64,000 nt of DNA from Deltaproteobacteria bacterium. GTDB taxonomy: Bacteria > Myxococcota_A > Polyangia > Polyangiales > Houyiibacteriaceae. The translations under genes were made by a program, and so were the position numbers. The DNA lies in assembly GCA_034670305.1 (NCBI GenBank), contig JAXMNT010000002.1, positions 32,001 to 96,000 of the forward strand. Direction: 5' to 3'. Below, one piece after another: positions 30,430 to 42,244 of the stretch. Within the stretch, counting starts at the first letter, position 1, and every line of letters begins with the position of its first letter. Below the pieces are notes generated by a model. That model did no database searches and had not been told where the DNA came from. It was given only the letters and a program-made list of their open reading frames with translations.

Positions 30430-31545
30430 ATGACTGAAACGATCGACGCTGAAACCGAGTCCCTTCTTCAATCCTACGGGTTCGACGCCCAACGTTTCTC
30501 CCAGCTCCAAGAGCGTCTTCGGGCCGATCTCGCCGGTCCCGAGAGCAACCGCATCCAAGGTGCGGTGGAGCCGCCGACTCCCGACGAGCTCACCACGTTG
30601 CCCCCGGTCGGCAGCCCCGAGCGAGATGCGCTTGCCGCGCTCGGCAACCAAGCGATCCAGGCCGGCGAAGTCGGTGTGGTGGTGCTCGCAGGCGGCATGG
30701 CGACCCGGTTCGGCGGCGTCGTGAAGGCGTCGGTCCCGGCGATCGACGAACACACCTTCCTCGATCTGAAGCTGATGGACTTCCAGGCCGCCGCGCGCAG
30801 CGCAGGTGGTCACGTGCCGGTCTACTTGATGACCAGCTTCGCGACCCACGCGGATGTGAAAGCGCTCGGCGCCAAGTTCCACAGCGACGCGCTCGAGGTC
30901 GAAGCGTTCCCCCAGCTGATCAACCTGCGGCTGCGCGCCGACGGTTCGCTCTTTCGCACCACCGACGGATCCCTCTCCCCGTACGCGCCTGGGCATGGCG
31001 ACCTGACCTTCGCGCTGCGCCGCGCCGGACTGCTCGATCGTTTTCGCAAGGCGGGCGGCAAACACCTGATGATGTCCAACGTCGACAACCTCACGGCCAC
31101 TCTCGATCCAGCGATCATCGGTGCGCACCTTCAGGGCGACCGACCGATGACCGCGGAGATGGCGCCCAAACGGCCCGGCGACAAAGGCGGCGCACCGGCA
31201 CGGGTCGACGGACGTTTGCAGATCGTGGAGTCGTTCCGGTTCCCCGAGACGTTCGACCAAGACCTGATCCCCGTCTTCAACACCAACACGCTGGTGTTCG
31301 ACGCGGCCGCGATCGATCGCGACTTCGACCTGACCTGGTTCGCGGTGCAGAAGAAGGTCGATGGGCTGGACGCGGTCCAGTTCGAGCGCCTCGTCGGAGA
31401 GCTCACGGCGTTCCTTCCGGCCACCTACCTCACCGTCGCGCGCGACGGCAGCGACGCGCGCTTTCAGCCTGTGAAGGATCCCGCCGAGCTCGTGCGCCGC
31501 CAGCCCGAGCTGCGTGCGGCGCTGAGCGCACGAGGCATTCTCTGA
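30430..31545 (+). CDS. UTP--glucose-1-phosphate uridylyltransferase / UDP-sugar pyrophosphorylase (PF01704 type)
   Basis: LAGGMATRFG..K, APGHGD, SNVDNL, DKGG, FNTNT, QFERL, RFQPVK. Confidence 0.88.
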   Translation: MTETIDAETESLLQSYGFDAQRFSQLQERLRADLAGPESNRIQGAVEPPTPDELTTLPPVGSPERDALAALGNQAIQAGEVGVVVLAGGMATRFGGVVKASVPAIDEHTFLDLKLMDFQAAARSAGGHVPVYLMTSFATHADVKALGAKFHSDALEVEAFPQLINLRLRADGSLFRTTDGSLSPYAPGHGDLTFALRRAGLLDRFRKAGGKHLMMSNVDNLTATLDPAIIGAHLQGDRPMTAEMAPKRPGDKGGAPARVDGRLQIVESFRFPETFDQDLIPVFNTNTLVFDAAAIDRDFDLTWFAVQKKVDGLDAVQFERLVGELTAFLPATYLTVARDGSDARFQPVKDPAELVRRQPELRAALSARGIL

Positions 31546-32687
31546 ACACGCGCGCCGCAGCACTTGCGGCGTCGGTCGGGCTGGCGTCGCTCTTCGGCTG
31601 TACCGCCGAGAGTCCCGTCGAGTGCCACTTCGCCGACGACTCCGAGATCGCACGCGCCCAGCGCATGTTCGATGGCGTCGCGTTCGCCACCGATCCGTTG
31701 CGCGCCGTGTGGTCCGAGGAGGATGGCCTGTTCTGGCGGCCGCTCGACGCGGCTGGGGCAGCGGCGGGCGACACGGTTCGGCTGGGCGCGCGCTGCGGGG
31801 GCGGGCTCGCGACGACGACGTCCGACGGGTCCACCTGGCTCGCCTGCGCCCGTCGACCGGACGACGACAAAGACGTCGCGGGCGTGCTCAGCATCGAACG
31901 CCGAGACGGCTCGGGCGAGGTCGTCCAGCGCACCCTGGTTCGGCCGGTCGGGCGGGATGCGGCCGGCGTCTCCATGGTGGCGAGTGGCGGCGGCGTGCGG
32001 GTGGCGTGGCACGACGGAGTCCCGGGCGCGTGGCGGGTGTGGTGGGTGCAGGTCGACGTGGATGCGGAAGGACCGATCGACCCGGTGATGGTGAGCGCTC
32101 CGCGGCACGCCGCCGGCGCGCCTTCCCTGCTCGCGATGGAAGACGACGAAGTGTTGGTCGTGTGGGCGGAGACATGGCTCGACGCCGGGTTCCCCCACGG
32201 CCGCATTCAAAGTTGGCGCGGCCGCAGCACCGCCGAGACCATCCAGGAGATCGACGTCCAGTGGCCGACGCCGACGCTGGTGCGCCACGACGACGAGACG
32301 GTGATGTTCTTTCGAGACCACCGCCGTCCCTGGCGGCGCACTTCGGTCTACGCGGTCCGACTCGACGCCCACGACCGCACGCACGGGGAACCGGTGCGGG
32401 TCGGGCGCGCGAACACGGAGCACGGCCCCCGCCCGCTCGAGTGTGGAGACCACCTGTGGGTCGGCTCGCCCCGCACCTGGGACACCGAGGTGCTGGTCGG
32501 CATCAACGTGCTCGGCGACGATTTGCAGAAGCGGGTGCCGGAGCAGCAGGTCTACCAGTGGGGCGCCCACTTCGCGGTGACCGATCTGAACTGCAGCGAG
32601 GGCTCGGTCTTGTCGCTGGTCGGGGAACGCGGGGAGAGCACGCGCCCGGAAGTCGCGCTGAGGGTGCTGAAACTGCACTGCGACTGA
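31542..32687 (+). CDS. Hypothetical lipoprotein (beta-propeller-like)
   Basis: ORF 31665..32687 extends upstream without a stop to a signal peptide with lipobox LFGC; possible CTG start at 31542. Confidence 0.65.
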   Translation: MNTRAAALAASVGLASLFGCTAESPVECHFADDSEIARAQRMFDGVAFATDPLRAVWSEEDGLFWRPLDAAGAAAGDTVRLGARCGGGLATTTSDGSTWLACARRPDDDKDVAGVLSIERRDGSGEVVQRTLVRPVGRDAAGVSMVASGGGVRVAWHDGVPGAWRVWWVQVDVDAEGPIDPVMVSAPRHAAGAPSLLAMEDDEVLVVWAETWLDAGFPHGRIQSWRGRSTAETIQEIDVQWPTPTLVRHDDETVMFFRDHRRPWRRTSVYAVRLDAHDRTHGEPVRVGRANTEHGPRPLECGDHLWVGSPRTWDTEVLVGINVLGDDLQKRVPEQQVYQWGAHFAVTDLNCSEGSVLSLVGERGESTRPEVALRVLKLHCD

Positions 32688-32703
32688 GGAGCGGACCGCG
32701 GCC

Positions 32704-32906
32704 CCGTGCCCGTGCCCGTGCCCGTGCCCGCGCCCTTCAGCGAAGCCGACGCCGAATCCGAAGCCGACGCCGAAGCCGACGCCGAAGCCGAAGCCGAAGC
32801 CGAAGCCGACCCCGACGCCGATGCCGATGCCGATGCCGATGCCGATGCCGAAGCCGAAGCCGATGCCGAATCCGAATCCGAATCCGAAAGCCGAAGTCGA
32901 CGCCGA
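32704..32906. repeat. Hexamer tract (GTGCCC)n + (GCCGAN/TCCGAA)n
   Basis: Seen directly between convergent genes. Confidence 0.95.
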
Positions 32907-32908
32907 CT

Positions 32909-34825
32909 TCAGCGCGGAGTGAGCCGCGCGCCCTGCAGCCGGTACCGGACCGGCTGGTCGCGCCAGGGGAGGAGCAGGGGGGCGACGTCGCCCGGCGGGG
33001 AGTCGGACCAGGGCCAGTTGTCGGCGGTCCAGCCTTGCGTGCGGCCGGGGCGGATCTCGAGGGTGCCGCGCACGGTGCGGACCTCGTTGGCGATGCGTTC
33101 GTTGCCTCGGGTGCGACCGACCTCGACCGTCAGGACACGGGGGAAGGTTCCGCCGCGGGCGAAGCGATGGACCATGAGCAGTTCGCGGGTGACGTCGCCA
33201 AGCGTCTGTCGCACGCGGACCAGCACTTCCGCGCGTCCGTCGCCGGTCACGTCCTCGGTCTTCACGTCGAGCAAGTCTTCCGCGTTCTGCACGGCGAGCT
33301 CGTAGTGGAAGTAGCCCTGCCCTTCGCGGAAGTTCTCGCCGACGACCACGACGGCTTTGCCGAACACAACGAGGCGTTCGGTGGCCGGGCTGCCAGCGAG
33401 GTTCGCGTCCTGGACGAAGCGCGCCTGCACCGAGCGGGGAATGCGGCGTTCGGTGCGCACCGCGCGGATCAGATCCCGCACCGTCCGCGTCGGCGGGGGT
33501 GCTTCGGCCTGGGTTGTCGCTGGGGTGCGCGTCGTGGTCGTGGTCCTGGTCGCACCCCGCACATGAGGGTTCGGGTTGGCCCGTTCGTTCGAGGTCGCGA
33601 AACGTTGACCGTCCCAGCGGTAGGTGCGCGCGAGCACCGGTCCCCACGGCAGCAGGATGGCTTCCGCGTCGGTGGCCGGCGCTTCGTTCCAGTCCTCCGG
33701 CGCGATGCCGGTGGCGCTGCCCGCGGCGACTTCGATGCGCGGCGCGCCGCGGCCCCCGCGCACTCGGATGCGCGACTCCACGTGGCCACCAGCGAGCGCC
33801 TTGCGCTGTTCGATCGCGAAGAGCGGCCGGATCGCGGTGCACGTGAACGAGTAGAGCGACCAGAGATCACGCGTGCCGCGTTCGCCGTGCTGCCGCACCC
33901 GCAAGAACAGTTCTTTCTTCCCGTCCGCAGTGAAGTCGCGCAGCTCCGCCGCCATCACGTCCTGGGGCCCTTGAATCGGAAGCGCCAAGAAGTCGTAGCC
34001 GTCCCCGTCGCGGTAGCCATCGCCCATCACCAGGAGGAAGCGGCCGACGTGCACGATGCGCTCGGGGCGGTCGTCGCCGCAGACGTTGCCGCGCAGGTCG
34101 TGGCGCGGCTCCTGCCCGGGGATGCCCTGGCGCTGGAGGAAGTTCGCGAGCACCGCGTGGTCCCCGCCGCTGGGAATGATCGCGGGCAGCCGGTCCAGGT
34201 TCGCGGTGTCGACGGGAGCCGTGGCGGGCTCGGCGTGCACTTCCGGCCGCGCTTCGCTGTCGATGTCGCGCAGGCGCACCGACACGCGTCCTTGTTCCCA
34301 CCCCGCGCTCCGCGGAATGGCCGCCCACGGAATGTACGCCTCGATCTCGTAGCCACCGCTTCCCGCCGCTTCCACCACCCGCGCGCCACGCGCCGGTCGC
34401 AACCGACCTCGCGTGCCGCCCACCGCCGCACTGCCCGCGGTGCGTCCTTCCACGCCGGCGAAGATCCACACCTCGGTGGCCTGGTAGGTGCGGCGGCCGG
34501 GCCGCGTCGGCAGCGCGAGCGTGACCACGATCGCGTCTTCGTCGCGGGTCGGCCGGCGGCTCCGAATCATGCGCTGGTCCCGAACCGCGGCCGCGACGTA
34601 GAGTCCCCCGCGGTCGTACCCAAGCGCGAACTGCATCGACGCGTCGTCGCCCGCCCCCACGGAGATCTTCCGGATGCGGCGCCAGTCCCGCAGTGCGCCG
34701 TCCACCCGGATCCCATGGTCCGCGATCTCCTGGAACCGCATGCCTTGCGCCTCGGCACCAGAACTGGAGGTGGCACCCGCGAGTACGGCAAGCAGGAGGG
34801 CAACGGCCGAACGAGGAAGGGACAT
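32909..34825 (-). CDS. Secreted protein with CBM9/DOMON-like N-terminal domain and FG-GAP-like motifs
   Basis: Signal peptide; IRVDGALRDW...YDRGGLYVAAAVRD...YEIEAYIPW; DFTADGKKEL, DVTGDGRAEVL. Confidence 0.72.
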   Translation of the reverse strand: MSLPRSAVALLLAVLAGATSSSGAEAQGMRFQEIADHGIRVDGALRDWRRIRKISVGAGDDASMQFALGYDRGGLYVAAAVRDQRMIRSRRPTRDEDAIVVTLALPTRPGRRTYQATEVWIFAGVEGRTAGSAAVGGTRGRLRPARGARVVEAAGSGGYEIEAYIPWAAIPRSAGWEQGRVSVRLRDIDSEARPEVHAEPATAPVDTANLDRLPAIIPSGGDHAVLANFLQRQGIPGQEPRHDLRGNVCGDDRPERIVHVGRFLLVMGDGYRDGDGYDFLALPIQGPQDVMAAELRDFTADGKKELFLRVRQHGERGTRDLWSLYSFTCTAIRPLFAIEQRKALAGGHVESRIRVRGGRGAPRIEVAAGSATGIAPEDWNEAPATDAEAILLPWGPVLARTYRWDGQRFATSNERANPNPHVRGATRTTTTTRTPATTQAEAPPPTRTVRDLIRAVRTERRIPRSVQARFVQDANLAGSPATERLVVFGKAVVVVGENFREGQGYFHYELAVQNAEDLLDVKTEDVTGDGRAEVLVRVRQTLGDVTRELLMVHRFARGGTFPRVLTVEVGRTRGNERIANEVRTVRGTLEIRPGRTQGWTADNWPWSDSPPGDVAPLLLPWRDQPVRYRLQGARLTPR

Positions 34826-34989
34826 GGCGGGCGCGACGTTACCACGCCGCCCCGAGGTCGAGCCGCGGAACGCGATGCTGTTTGGCCTCACTGGAGAGGT
34901 GGAAGGGCAACCGGTGGGCGGACGGATCTTCACCCTCTCTCGGACGTCGCGCGGCCTCAAAGCTTCAAAGACGACCACTCGCGGGCATC

Positions 34990-35190
34990 ATCGGCATCGG
35001 CCTCGGCTTCGGCATCGACTTCGGCGTCGGCATCGGCGTCGGCATCGGCGTCGGCATCGGCATCGGCTTCGGCATCGGCATCGGCTTCGGCATCGGCATC
35101 GGCTTCGGCATCGGCATCGGCATCGGCATCGGCGTCGGCCTCGGCTTCGGCATCGGCTTCGGCTTCGGCGTCGGCTTCGGCATCGGCTTC
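34990..35190. repeat. Hexamer tract (TCGGCA/TCGGCT/TCGGCG)n
   Basis: About 33 units between divergent genes. Confidence 0.95.
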
Positions 35191-35246
35191 AGGTTCAGCC
35201 AGCTAGCCGCGTGGCGGGCGCAGCCGCGGCGCGTATGCTGGGCGCC

Positions 35247-37259
35247 ATGGTTCGCAAGACCACGGCCGCGCTCGTGCGGCTCGCGTTCGTCGGCGTGTGG
35301 TGGCTGGGCTGCGGCGGCCCGCAGGTCACCCTCACCCACCCGATGCTGCGCACCCCCGATGCAGCGGCCGCGCTTGCAGCCCGGCTCCCACTCGGCGCGG
35401 ACGCCTGTGCGGTCGCACGCCGTGGCGCCGTCTCGGAGCGACGGCGCGCGTTGCTTGCGCCGATGAGCGCGGGCGGTCCGCTCATGTGGTCGAGCGGGCC
35501 CTTCTCCGCGTACGCGGAGGCGCGCCGCTCCAACCACACGGGGCAGCGCGCGCTCCGGGTGCTGCTTCGCGTGGACGACATGCACGACGCGCGGCTCTGG
35601 CTGACCGAGCGGGCGCCGGTCGCCGTCGAATGGTCGACCCGGGACGAGTGCGCCTCGGGTGAAGCCGAGTGCTGGCAACTGCATGCGCGCTCCCTCGACG
35701 AACGCACCATCCTCGTCTCCCAAGGGATCTGGGACGCGCGCGACACGGGCGAAGAGACGCGTTGCGCGCGCCTGGCACTCGAACATCCGGAGGCGTTCGA
35801 GGTCTCGGCCCGCCGCGAAGGGAGCGTGGTCGAGAGCATCGGGGGCGGCGGGTACGCGCGGACCCAGACCCACCTCGAACCGACGTCGGATGGCATCGAG
35901 CAACACGAGTCGATCTACGTGGACATCGACGCGGACATGGAGCTGCTGATGGACCTGCTCCAGCGCGCCAACGACTCCACCCAGAGCAGCGCCACCCGCA
36001 CCCGCCGAGAACCGACCGAGGACGGGTGGAACCTCCGCACGACCTTCGCGTGGGAGGATCTCGAGCTTAGCGCGGAAGACGAACGACGCGCGCGTGCCGC
36101 GATGATGCATGAGCAGCGCGAAGGCCAGCCGGTCCCCGTCGAGCGCGTCACGCTCACGAACCGGGATCTCGTTTGGCAGCAAGTGCAGCTGCGCCGGACC
36201 CGCCTCGCGCAGACCCGCAACCAAGACCTGCGCCGGGAACAAGCGCAGGAACTCGGGACGCTGCTGAGCAACGCCCTGCAGGCCCATCCCAACGACGAAC
36301 CGTTCGCGGAAGAACTGGTGTCGGTGCTGCTCGACCCGCTTGGCGATGGCCACGGAGCCGCGGAGGTCGCGGCGCGCATGGCGACGGCGCGCCCGGAGAA
36401 CGCCCGTCACTGGAAGGTCGTGCGCCGGCGCGCGCTCGCGGTGGTCGGCGTCGACGCGCTGCGAAACGCGCTCGTGGAGGACGGGGTATTGAACGCCCGC
36501 GAAGCGGCGGCCGCCGCCCCCATGCTTCGCAGTTTCGTGGCGGACTACGAGTGGGCGGAGGGCGCCTGGATCATCGCGCGCCGGGCCGAACGCATCGCCC
36601 GCCGGCCCCGCCGCGCCGAAGCGAACCTGGCGCTCTCGAGCACCCTCGAGACCTTGGTGACGTTGCTCCTGCAAGACGACGCGGCATCGGAAGCGCTCTT
36701 CGTGGTGTTGACCACGGAAGAAACATTGGCACCGGGTGCGCACGGCACCGGCGGTCGGGTCATCACCTGGTCCGATGGCGGACGCTCCACCCGCGTGGCC
36801 GCCAGCACCACTGGCCACGAGCCGCGGGAGATCTCACGGGAGCTGCTCGTCGGTCTGGACGGCATGACGGTCGATCTCGCCGTGTTCACCAGCCCCTACG
36901 ACGAAGACGCACCACCCAGCGCGTCGCTCCGCGTGCGTGGCCGCATCACCGGGGCCGAGTTCCAGATGACCGACGCCACCACCCTCCGCCTCGGACGGAG
37001 GACGGTTCAGTGGGGCCGCGTCCCAGGGCTCCTCGCCACCCCCTTCGAAGGCCTCTCCAGCCGCCTCTTCCCCCCGCCCGAACTCGAGGTCGAGTTCTCG
37101 AGCGAAGCCGCGGCCACCGCCGCCGCCGAAGCCGCCGCCACCGAACCCGTCCTCGAATGCACCCGCTTCGAAGCGACCCTCGAGTGCGGCGCCTCCCCCG
37201 AACTCGACGCCACCCGCCGCGCCTGGCGCCGCGTCGTCACGGCAGACCTCACCCGCTAG
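35247..37259 (+). CDS. Hypothetical lipoprotein
   Basis: [22 protein letters not shown] lipobox; about 670 aa; TATGCT 7 nt upstream of the ATG. Confidence 0.75.
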   Translation: MVRKTTAALVRLAFVGVWWLGCGGPQVTLTHPMLRTPDAAAALAARLPLGADACAVARRGAVSERRRALLAPMSAGGPLMWSSGPFSAYAEARRSNHTGQRALRVLLRVDDMHDARLWLTERAPVAVEWSTRDECASGEAECWQLHARSLDERTILVSQGIWDARDTGEETRCARLALEHPEAFEVSARREGSVVESIGGGGYARTQTHLEPTSDGIEQHESIYVDIDADMELLMDLLQRANDSTQSSATRTRREPTEDGWNLRTTFAWEDLELSAEDERRARAAMMHEQREGQPVPVERVTLTNRDLVWQQVQLRRTRLAQTRNQDLRREQAQELGTLLSNALQAHPNDEPFAEELVSVLLDPLGDGHGAAEVAARMATARPENARHWKVVRRRALAVVGVDALRNALVEDGVLNAREAAAAAPMLRSFVADYEWAEGAWIIARRAERIARRPRRAEANLALSSTLETLVTLLLQDDAASEALFVVLTTEETLAPGAHGTGGRVITWSDGGRSTRVAASTTGHEPREISRELLVGLDGMTVDLAVFTSPYDEDAPPSASLRVRGRITGAEFQMTDATTLRLGRRTVQWGRVPGLLATPFEGLSSRLFPPPELEVEFSSEAAATAAAEAAATEPVLECTRFEATLECGASPELDATRRAWRRVVTADLTR

Positions 37260-37281
37260 CAGGTCGCTGAAAGCGACCTGC
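37259..37281 (+). terminator. Stem-loop immediately after the stop codon (possible terminator, no U-tract)
   Basis: GCAGGTCGCT-GAA-AGCGACCTGC, a perfect 10-bp stem. Confidence 0.5.
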
Positions 37282-37282
37282 T

Positions 37283-37707
<425 letters not shown>

Positions 37708-38847
37708 TTACTTCGCGAGCGGGAGGCGTCTGGTGCGTTCGGCTTTTTCGCCGTCGGGGCCGTAGAGGGCGAGCTGGCCGCACGCGGCGTCGACGCTGCC
37801 GCCGCGCTCGTGGCGGATGGTGCAGGTCATGCCGAGGTCGCGCAGCCGGTCGCGGAACGCTTCGACACCGCGGCGGGTGGGCGCACCGAGTTCGCTCTGC
37901 TCGATCGGATTCATCGGGATGAGGTTGATCTTCACCGGCACGTTGCGGAGCAGACGCTTGAGTTTGTCCGCGTCGCGCACGTCGTCGTTCACGCCTTCGA
38001 TGAGGGTGTACTCGATCGTGATGCGGCGGCGTTTGGGCATCGGGTACCGCTCGAGGCATGCGACGAGCGCCTGCAGATCGTGCTTGCGGTTGATCGGCAT
38101 GATCGACGAGCGCCGCTCGTCGGTCACCGCGTGGAGCGAGATGGCGAGCATCACCCGGCCGTCGAAGTCGCGGCCGAGCCGGTCGATCTGCGGCACGAGC
38201 CCGCTGGTCGAGACCGTCACCCGCCGCGTCGACAGACCGATGCCGTCTTCGTGGGTGATGAGCACGAGCGCGCGCGCCACCGCGTCGTAGTTGTGGAGCG
38301 GCTCGCCCATGCCCATGAACACGAGGTTGCGTAGGTGTTCGTCGCCCTCGAGGTTCGCGCGGCCGAGGTGCACTTGCGCGAGAATCTCCGCGGCGGTCAG
38401 ATGCCGCGCCAGGCCCGCCACGCCGGATGCGCAGAACACGCAGCCCATCGCGCAGCCGATCTGGCTGCTCACGCACTGGGTCACGACCTTGCCCGGCACG
38501 AGCGGCCCGCCCTCTTCTTCACGGGTGAGCTGCGGGATGAGCACCGTCTCGACGTCGCGTCCGTCGTCCGCGCGCACGAGCAACTTGCGGGTCCGGTCGG
38601 CCGACCGCGTGCCACCGTGCACGTGCATCGGCGACTCCCCGATCTCTTCGGCCAGCCGCGCGCGGAGCGACTTGGGCAGGTTGGTCATCTTCGCCGGGTC
38701 GAACACCCCGCGCTTCTGAATCCACTGAAAGACCTGCGCGCTCCGGTACTTCGGCTCCCCCCACGCCCCGAGCTGCGCCTCCCACTCGTGCGGGAGCCGC
38801 TCGAGCCAGTGCGTCGCGGGCGCGAGTTCAACGTTCGGAAGAGTCAT
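37708..38847 (-). CDS. rlmN: 23S rRNA (A2503-C2)/tRNA methyltransferase RlmN
   Basis: CVSSQIGCAMGCVFCASG, VFMGMGEPLHN, VSTSG, AISLHA, IEYTLI, NLIPMN, DAACGQL. Confidence 0.95.
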   Translation of the reverse strand: MTLPNVELAPATHWLERLPHEWEAQLGAWGEPKYRSAQVFQWIQKRGVFDPAKMTNLPKSLRARLAEEIGESPMHVHGGTRSADRTRKLLVRADDGRDVETVLIPQLTREEEGGPLVPGKVVTQCVSSQIGCAMGCVFCASGVAGLARHLTAAEILAQVHLGRANLEGDEHLRNLVFMGMGEPLHNYDAVARALVLITHEDGIGLSTRRVTVSTSGLVPQIDRLGRDFDGRVMLAISLHAVTDERRSSIMPINRKHDLQALVACLERYPMPKRRRITIEYTLIEGVNDDVRDADKLKRLLRNVPVKINLIPMNPIEQSELGAPTRRGVEAFRDRLRDLGMTCTIRHERGGSVDAACGQLALYGPDGEKAERTRRLPLAK

Positions 38848-38905
38848 CGGGGAGCCGAGCGCCCAGTGTGCGACCCCCACCCTCCCCGCGCCACCCCAAC
38901 GCGGG

Positions 38906-39385
<480 letters not shown>

Positions 39386-41421
39386 GACCTCCGCCGCCGA
39401 CCTCCGACGGAACGCGGTCACGCCTTCGACCAGCTGCCCCACCCGCTCCCACCCACGCCCCCGCACGCCGTACCCGCCGCGCGACACGAACCACTTCGCG
39501 CCGAGGTCATCCAGCGTCTCCACCACGTTCTGGCCGCGTGGGATGTACACCACGCGGTTCGACACATCGCGGTTCCAGAGCAACGCCGGAAACCCGACGT
39601 GCGATGCGAACGCGACGACGTCGCCCGCGCCGATCTCCCGCTCCCGCGCTTCGAGCGCGACCGTGTCCGGGAAGATGCCGCCCTCCATCGACGCCGCGCG
39701 CTGTGGGGCGTCCATCGCCGCGAGTTCCCCCAGCGCCGCCGGCCCGTACATCAAACCCGGTTCGGCGTACACGAGCGTGGCCGCGTGGATGAGCAGGCCC
39801 AGACCAAGCAGCCGCCGCATCCACACCGCGTGAATCTCGTTCGAGAAGCGGCCGAGCAACACCGCGCACAAGATGGCGACCGGCACGATGCCGAAGCGCC
39901 CCCACCACATGACTTCCTTCATCACGAAGACGAGCCCGAAACACGCGACGAGCAGACGCACCACGTGGGCGTGTCCGCGCGCGCGCCACAGACCCGCGAG
40001 TGAGAGCAGCGCGAGCAGCGGCAGGACGAAGGGCAATACGTGCCCATACCCATGGGTCCGTACGTCCGGGTGGTAGAGGCCTTGGACCGGCCAGCCGAAG
40101 GTCTCCTTCAGCCAGATGTCGACGGGCGGCCACGCGACGACGACTTCGATCGGTCCTTCGAACGAGAGCCCAAGCGTCTTCGACTCGAGCGTGAGCGGCC
40201 AGAACGGGTTGCCCTCGTGCAGGTAGTTCCGAACGTAGAGCGGCGCCGCGAACCCGACGACCAGCAACGCGCCGACAAGGAAGGGCATCGCACGTCGCCA
40301 GCGCGACTCCGACCGAAGCGACGGGTCTCGGAGCGTGGTCAGTGCGAGCACGAAGAAGAGCGGCACGATCAACGCCGCGGTGCTCTTGGCGCCGGCGAGC
40401 ATCCCGGTCGCGAGCGCCGCCATCCAGAGATCCTGCAGACCGACGCGTGGGCGCGTGACCAGCGCCACCGCACCGATCATCAGGAACGAGGTGCAGACAT
40501 CGATGTAGGTGCTGCCGAGCTCGAACGCGATGCCGGGCACCGTCGCGATCAGGACCGCGAACCCGAGACGTCGGTCCTTCGCGACCCCCGCGTGGTCCGC
40601 CAGCACCACCAGCGACACGACCAGCATCGGCCACGCGACGAGGTTCGGGAGTTCGATCCACTGCACGCCGCCAAGGGCGACGAAGAACCCAGCGAGCCCC
40701 TCGACGAGCCGCGGGTACCCGTTGATGACTTGCAAGCCGTCCGCCGGAAGTTCGACCCAGTCGAAGCCGCCGTTCTGGACCGTGAAGCAGGTCATCGGAT
40801 CGTGGTACCAGAGGCCATCCCAGGACGTGCTCGGTGCGAGGTAGATGCGGACGAGCGAGAACAGCAGGAGCACCGCTCCGAGACCCAGGGCCGCCAGACT
40901 CAGCGCATCCCGGTTCCGAGCCGCATCCCGAACCACCCGAACCGGGCCAGAGACGAAGTCGCCGACGTCGGATGCGAGTGCACGCAGGGCCTCGCGCGAG
41001 CGAGCGGTCCACCCCACTGCGAGCGCCCCGAGCGTCCACTCCAAACCGAGGAGCCAGCCGGGTTCAAACGCGCCAAGCCAGCCGAGGACGTGGGGCGGCA
41101 CGACCAGCAGGCCGAACACCAAGAGGCAACGATCGAGGGCGCCGAGTGCCCCGGTCCGCCCGAGTCGACGCCCGATCGCACAGGCTCCGAACAGGGCCGG
41201 CAACAGGACGATGAACGGGGCGAGGATGCGCATGGCGGAGACGGACGCATTCGTCACCGAACGCGGTCTGGCCAGCCCGAAACGCAGCGGCCGGGTCCCG
41301 GAGTAGCGCAACGTGCGGTTGCGCGCGAGGGCGCCGGAGTATACACGCCTCCGCGAATCGTCCCGTGCAGCCTCGACGCGCCGGGACACCCCCACTTTCT
41401 TCCAAGATTCAGGACCTACCC

Positions 41422-41826
41422 ATGGCCACCCAGCGCACCCTCAGCATCATCAAACCCGACGCCACCGAACGGAACCACGTGGGCGGCATCCTCGCGAAGA
41501 TCGAAGCCGCGGGCTTGAGCATCGTCGAGATGAAGATGATGAAGCTCACCAAAGAGCAGGCCGAAGGGTTCTACGCCGTGCACTCCGAGCGCCCGTTCTT
41601 CGGCGAGCTCGTCGAGTTCATGACCCGCAGCCGCGTGGTCGTGAGCGTGCTCGAAGGCGAAGACGCCGTCGCCAAGTACCGCGAAGTCATGGGTGCCACG
41701 AACCCGAAGGACGCGGCCGAAGGCACGATCCGTCAGGCGTTCGCGAAGGACATCGGCGAGAACAGCGTGCACGGCTCGGACAGCGCCGAGAACGCCGCCA
41801 TCGAGATCAAGTTCTTCTTCGGCTGA
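41422..41826 (+). CDS. ndk: Nucleoside diphosphate kinase
   Basis: [39 protein letters not shown]. Confidence 0.98.
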   Translation: MATQRTLSIIKPDATERNHVGGILAKIEAAGLSIVEMKMMKLTKEQAEGFYAVHSERPFFGELVEFMTRSRVVVSVLEGEDAVAKYREVMGATNPKDAAEGTIRQAFAKDIGENSVHGSDSAENAAIEIKFFFG

Positions 41827-41887
41827 ACCACTTCTTGGCTCGTAGAGGCGCCCGTCCCGCAGCGATGCGGCGCGGGCGTTTCCAATT

Positions 41888-42239
41888 CCAATCACCCCAG
41901 ATGCTTCTTCATTCCATCAAGTGGTGAGGCGGCGAGCACGTGCAGGCAGCGACGGGCGCGAATTAGGGCCGCCAGTCGAGCGAAGCGAGCCAGGCCCGTA
42001 GCGGCAAGAAATATTGTTGTCCACATGTGCACCTGCGCAGGCCGGAGGCCGAGCAACTGGTGCACTCCCCAATCGCGCCCCGAGAGCGCCGATAGGAGCG
42101 CCTGGACGCGCGCAGCCGCCAATCACCCCAGATGCTTCTTCATTCCATCAAGTGGTGAGGCGGCGAGCACGTGCAGGCAGCGACGGGCGCGAATTAGGGC
42201 CGCCAGTCGAGCGAAGCGAGCCAGGCCCGTAGCGGCAAG
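41888..42239. repeat. Mosaic REP/BIME-like element A-B-A
   Basis: 121-bp identical direct repeats at 41888-42008 and 42119-42239, separated by hairpin module B (about 42021-42120). Confidence 0.9.
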
Positions 42240-42244
42240 CAATA

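Noticed and set aside
31464-35206. ORFs 31622..35206(+, 1194 aa) and 31464..33842(-)
   Set aside because: Arg-rich off-frame or antisense translations spanning real genes and repeat tracts, typical of high-GC DNA.
41888-42239. Direct repeats as a possible CRISPR array
   Set aside because: Only two 121-bp copies, the intervening sequence is itself a repeat found elsewhere, and there are no cas genes in the window.
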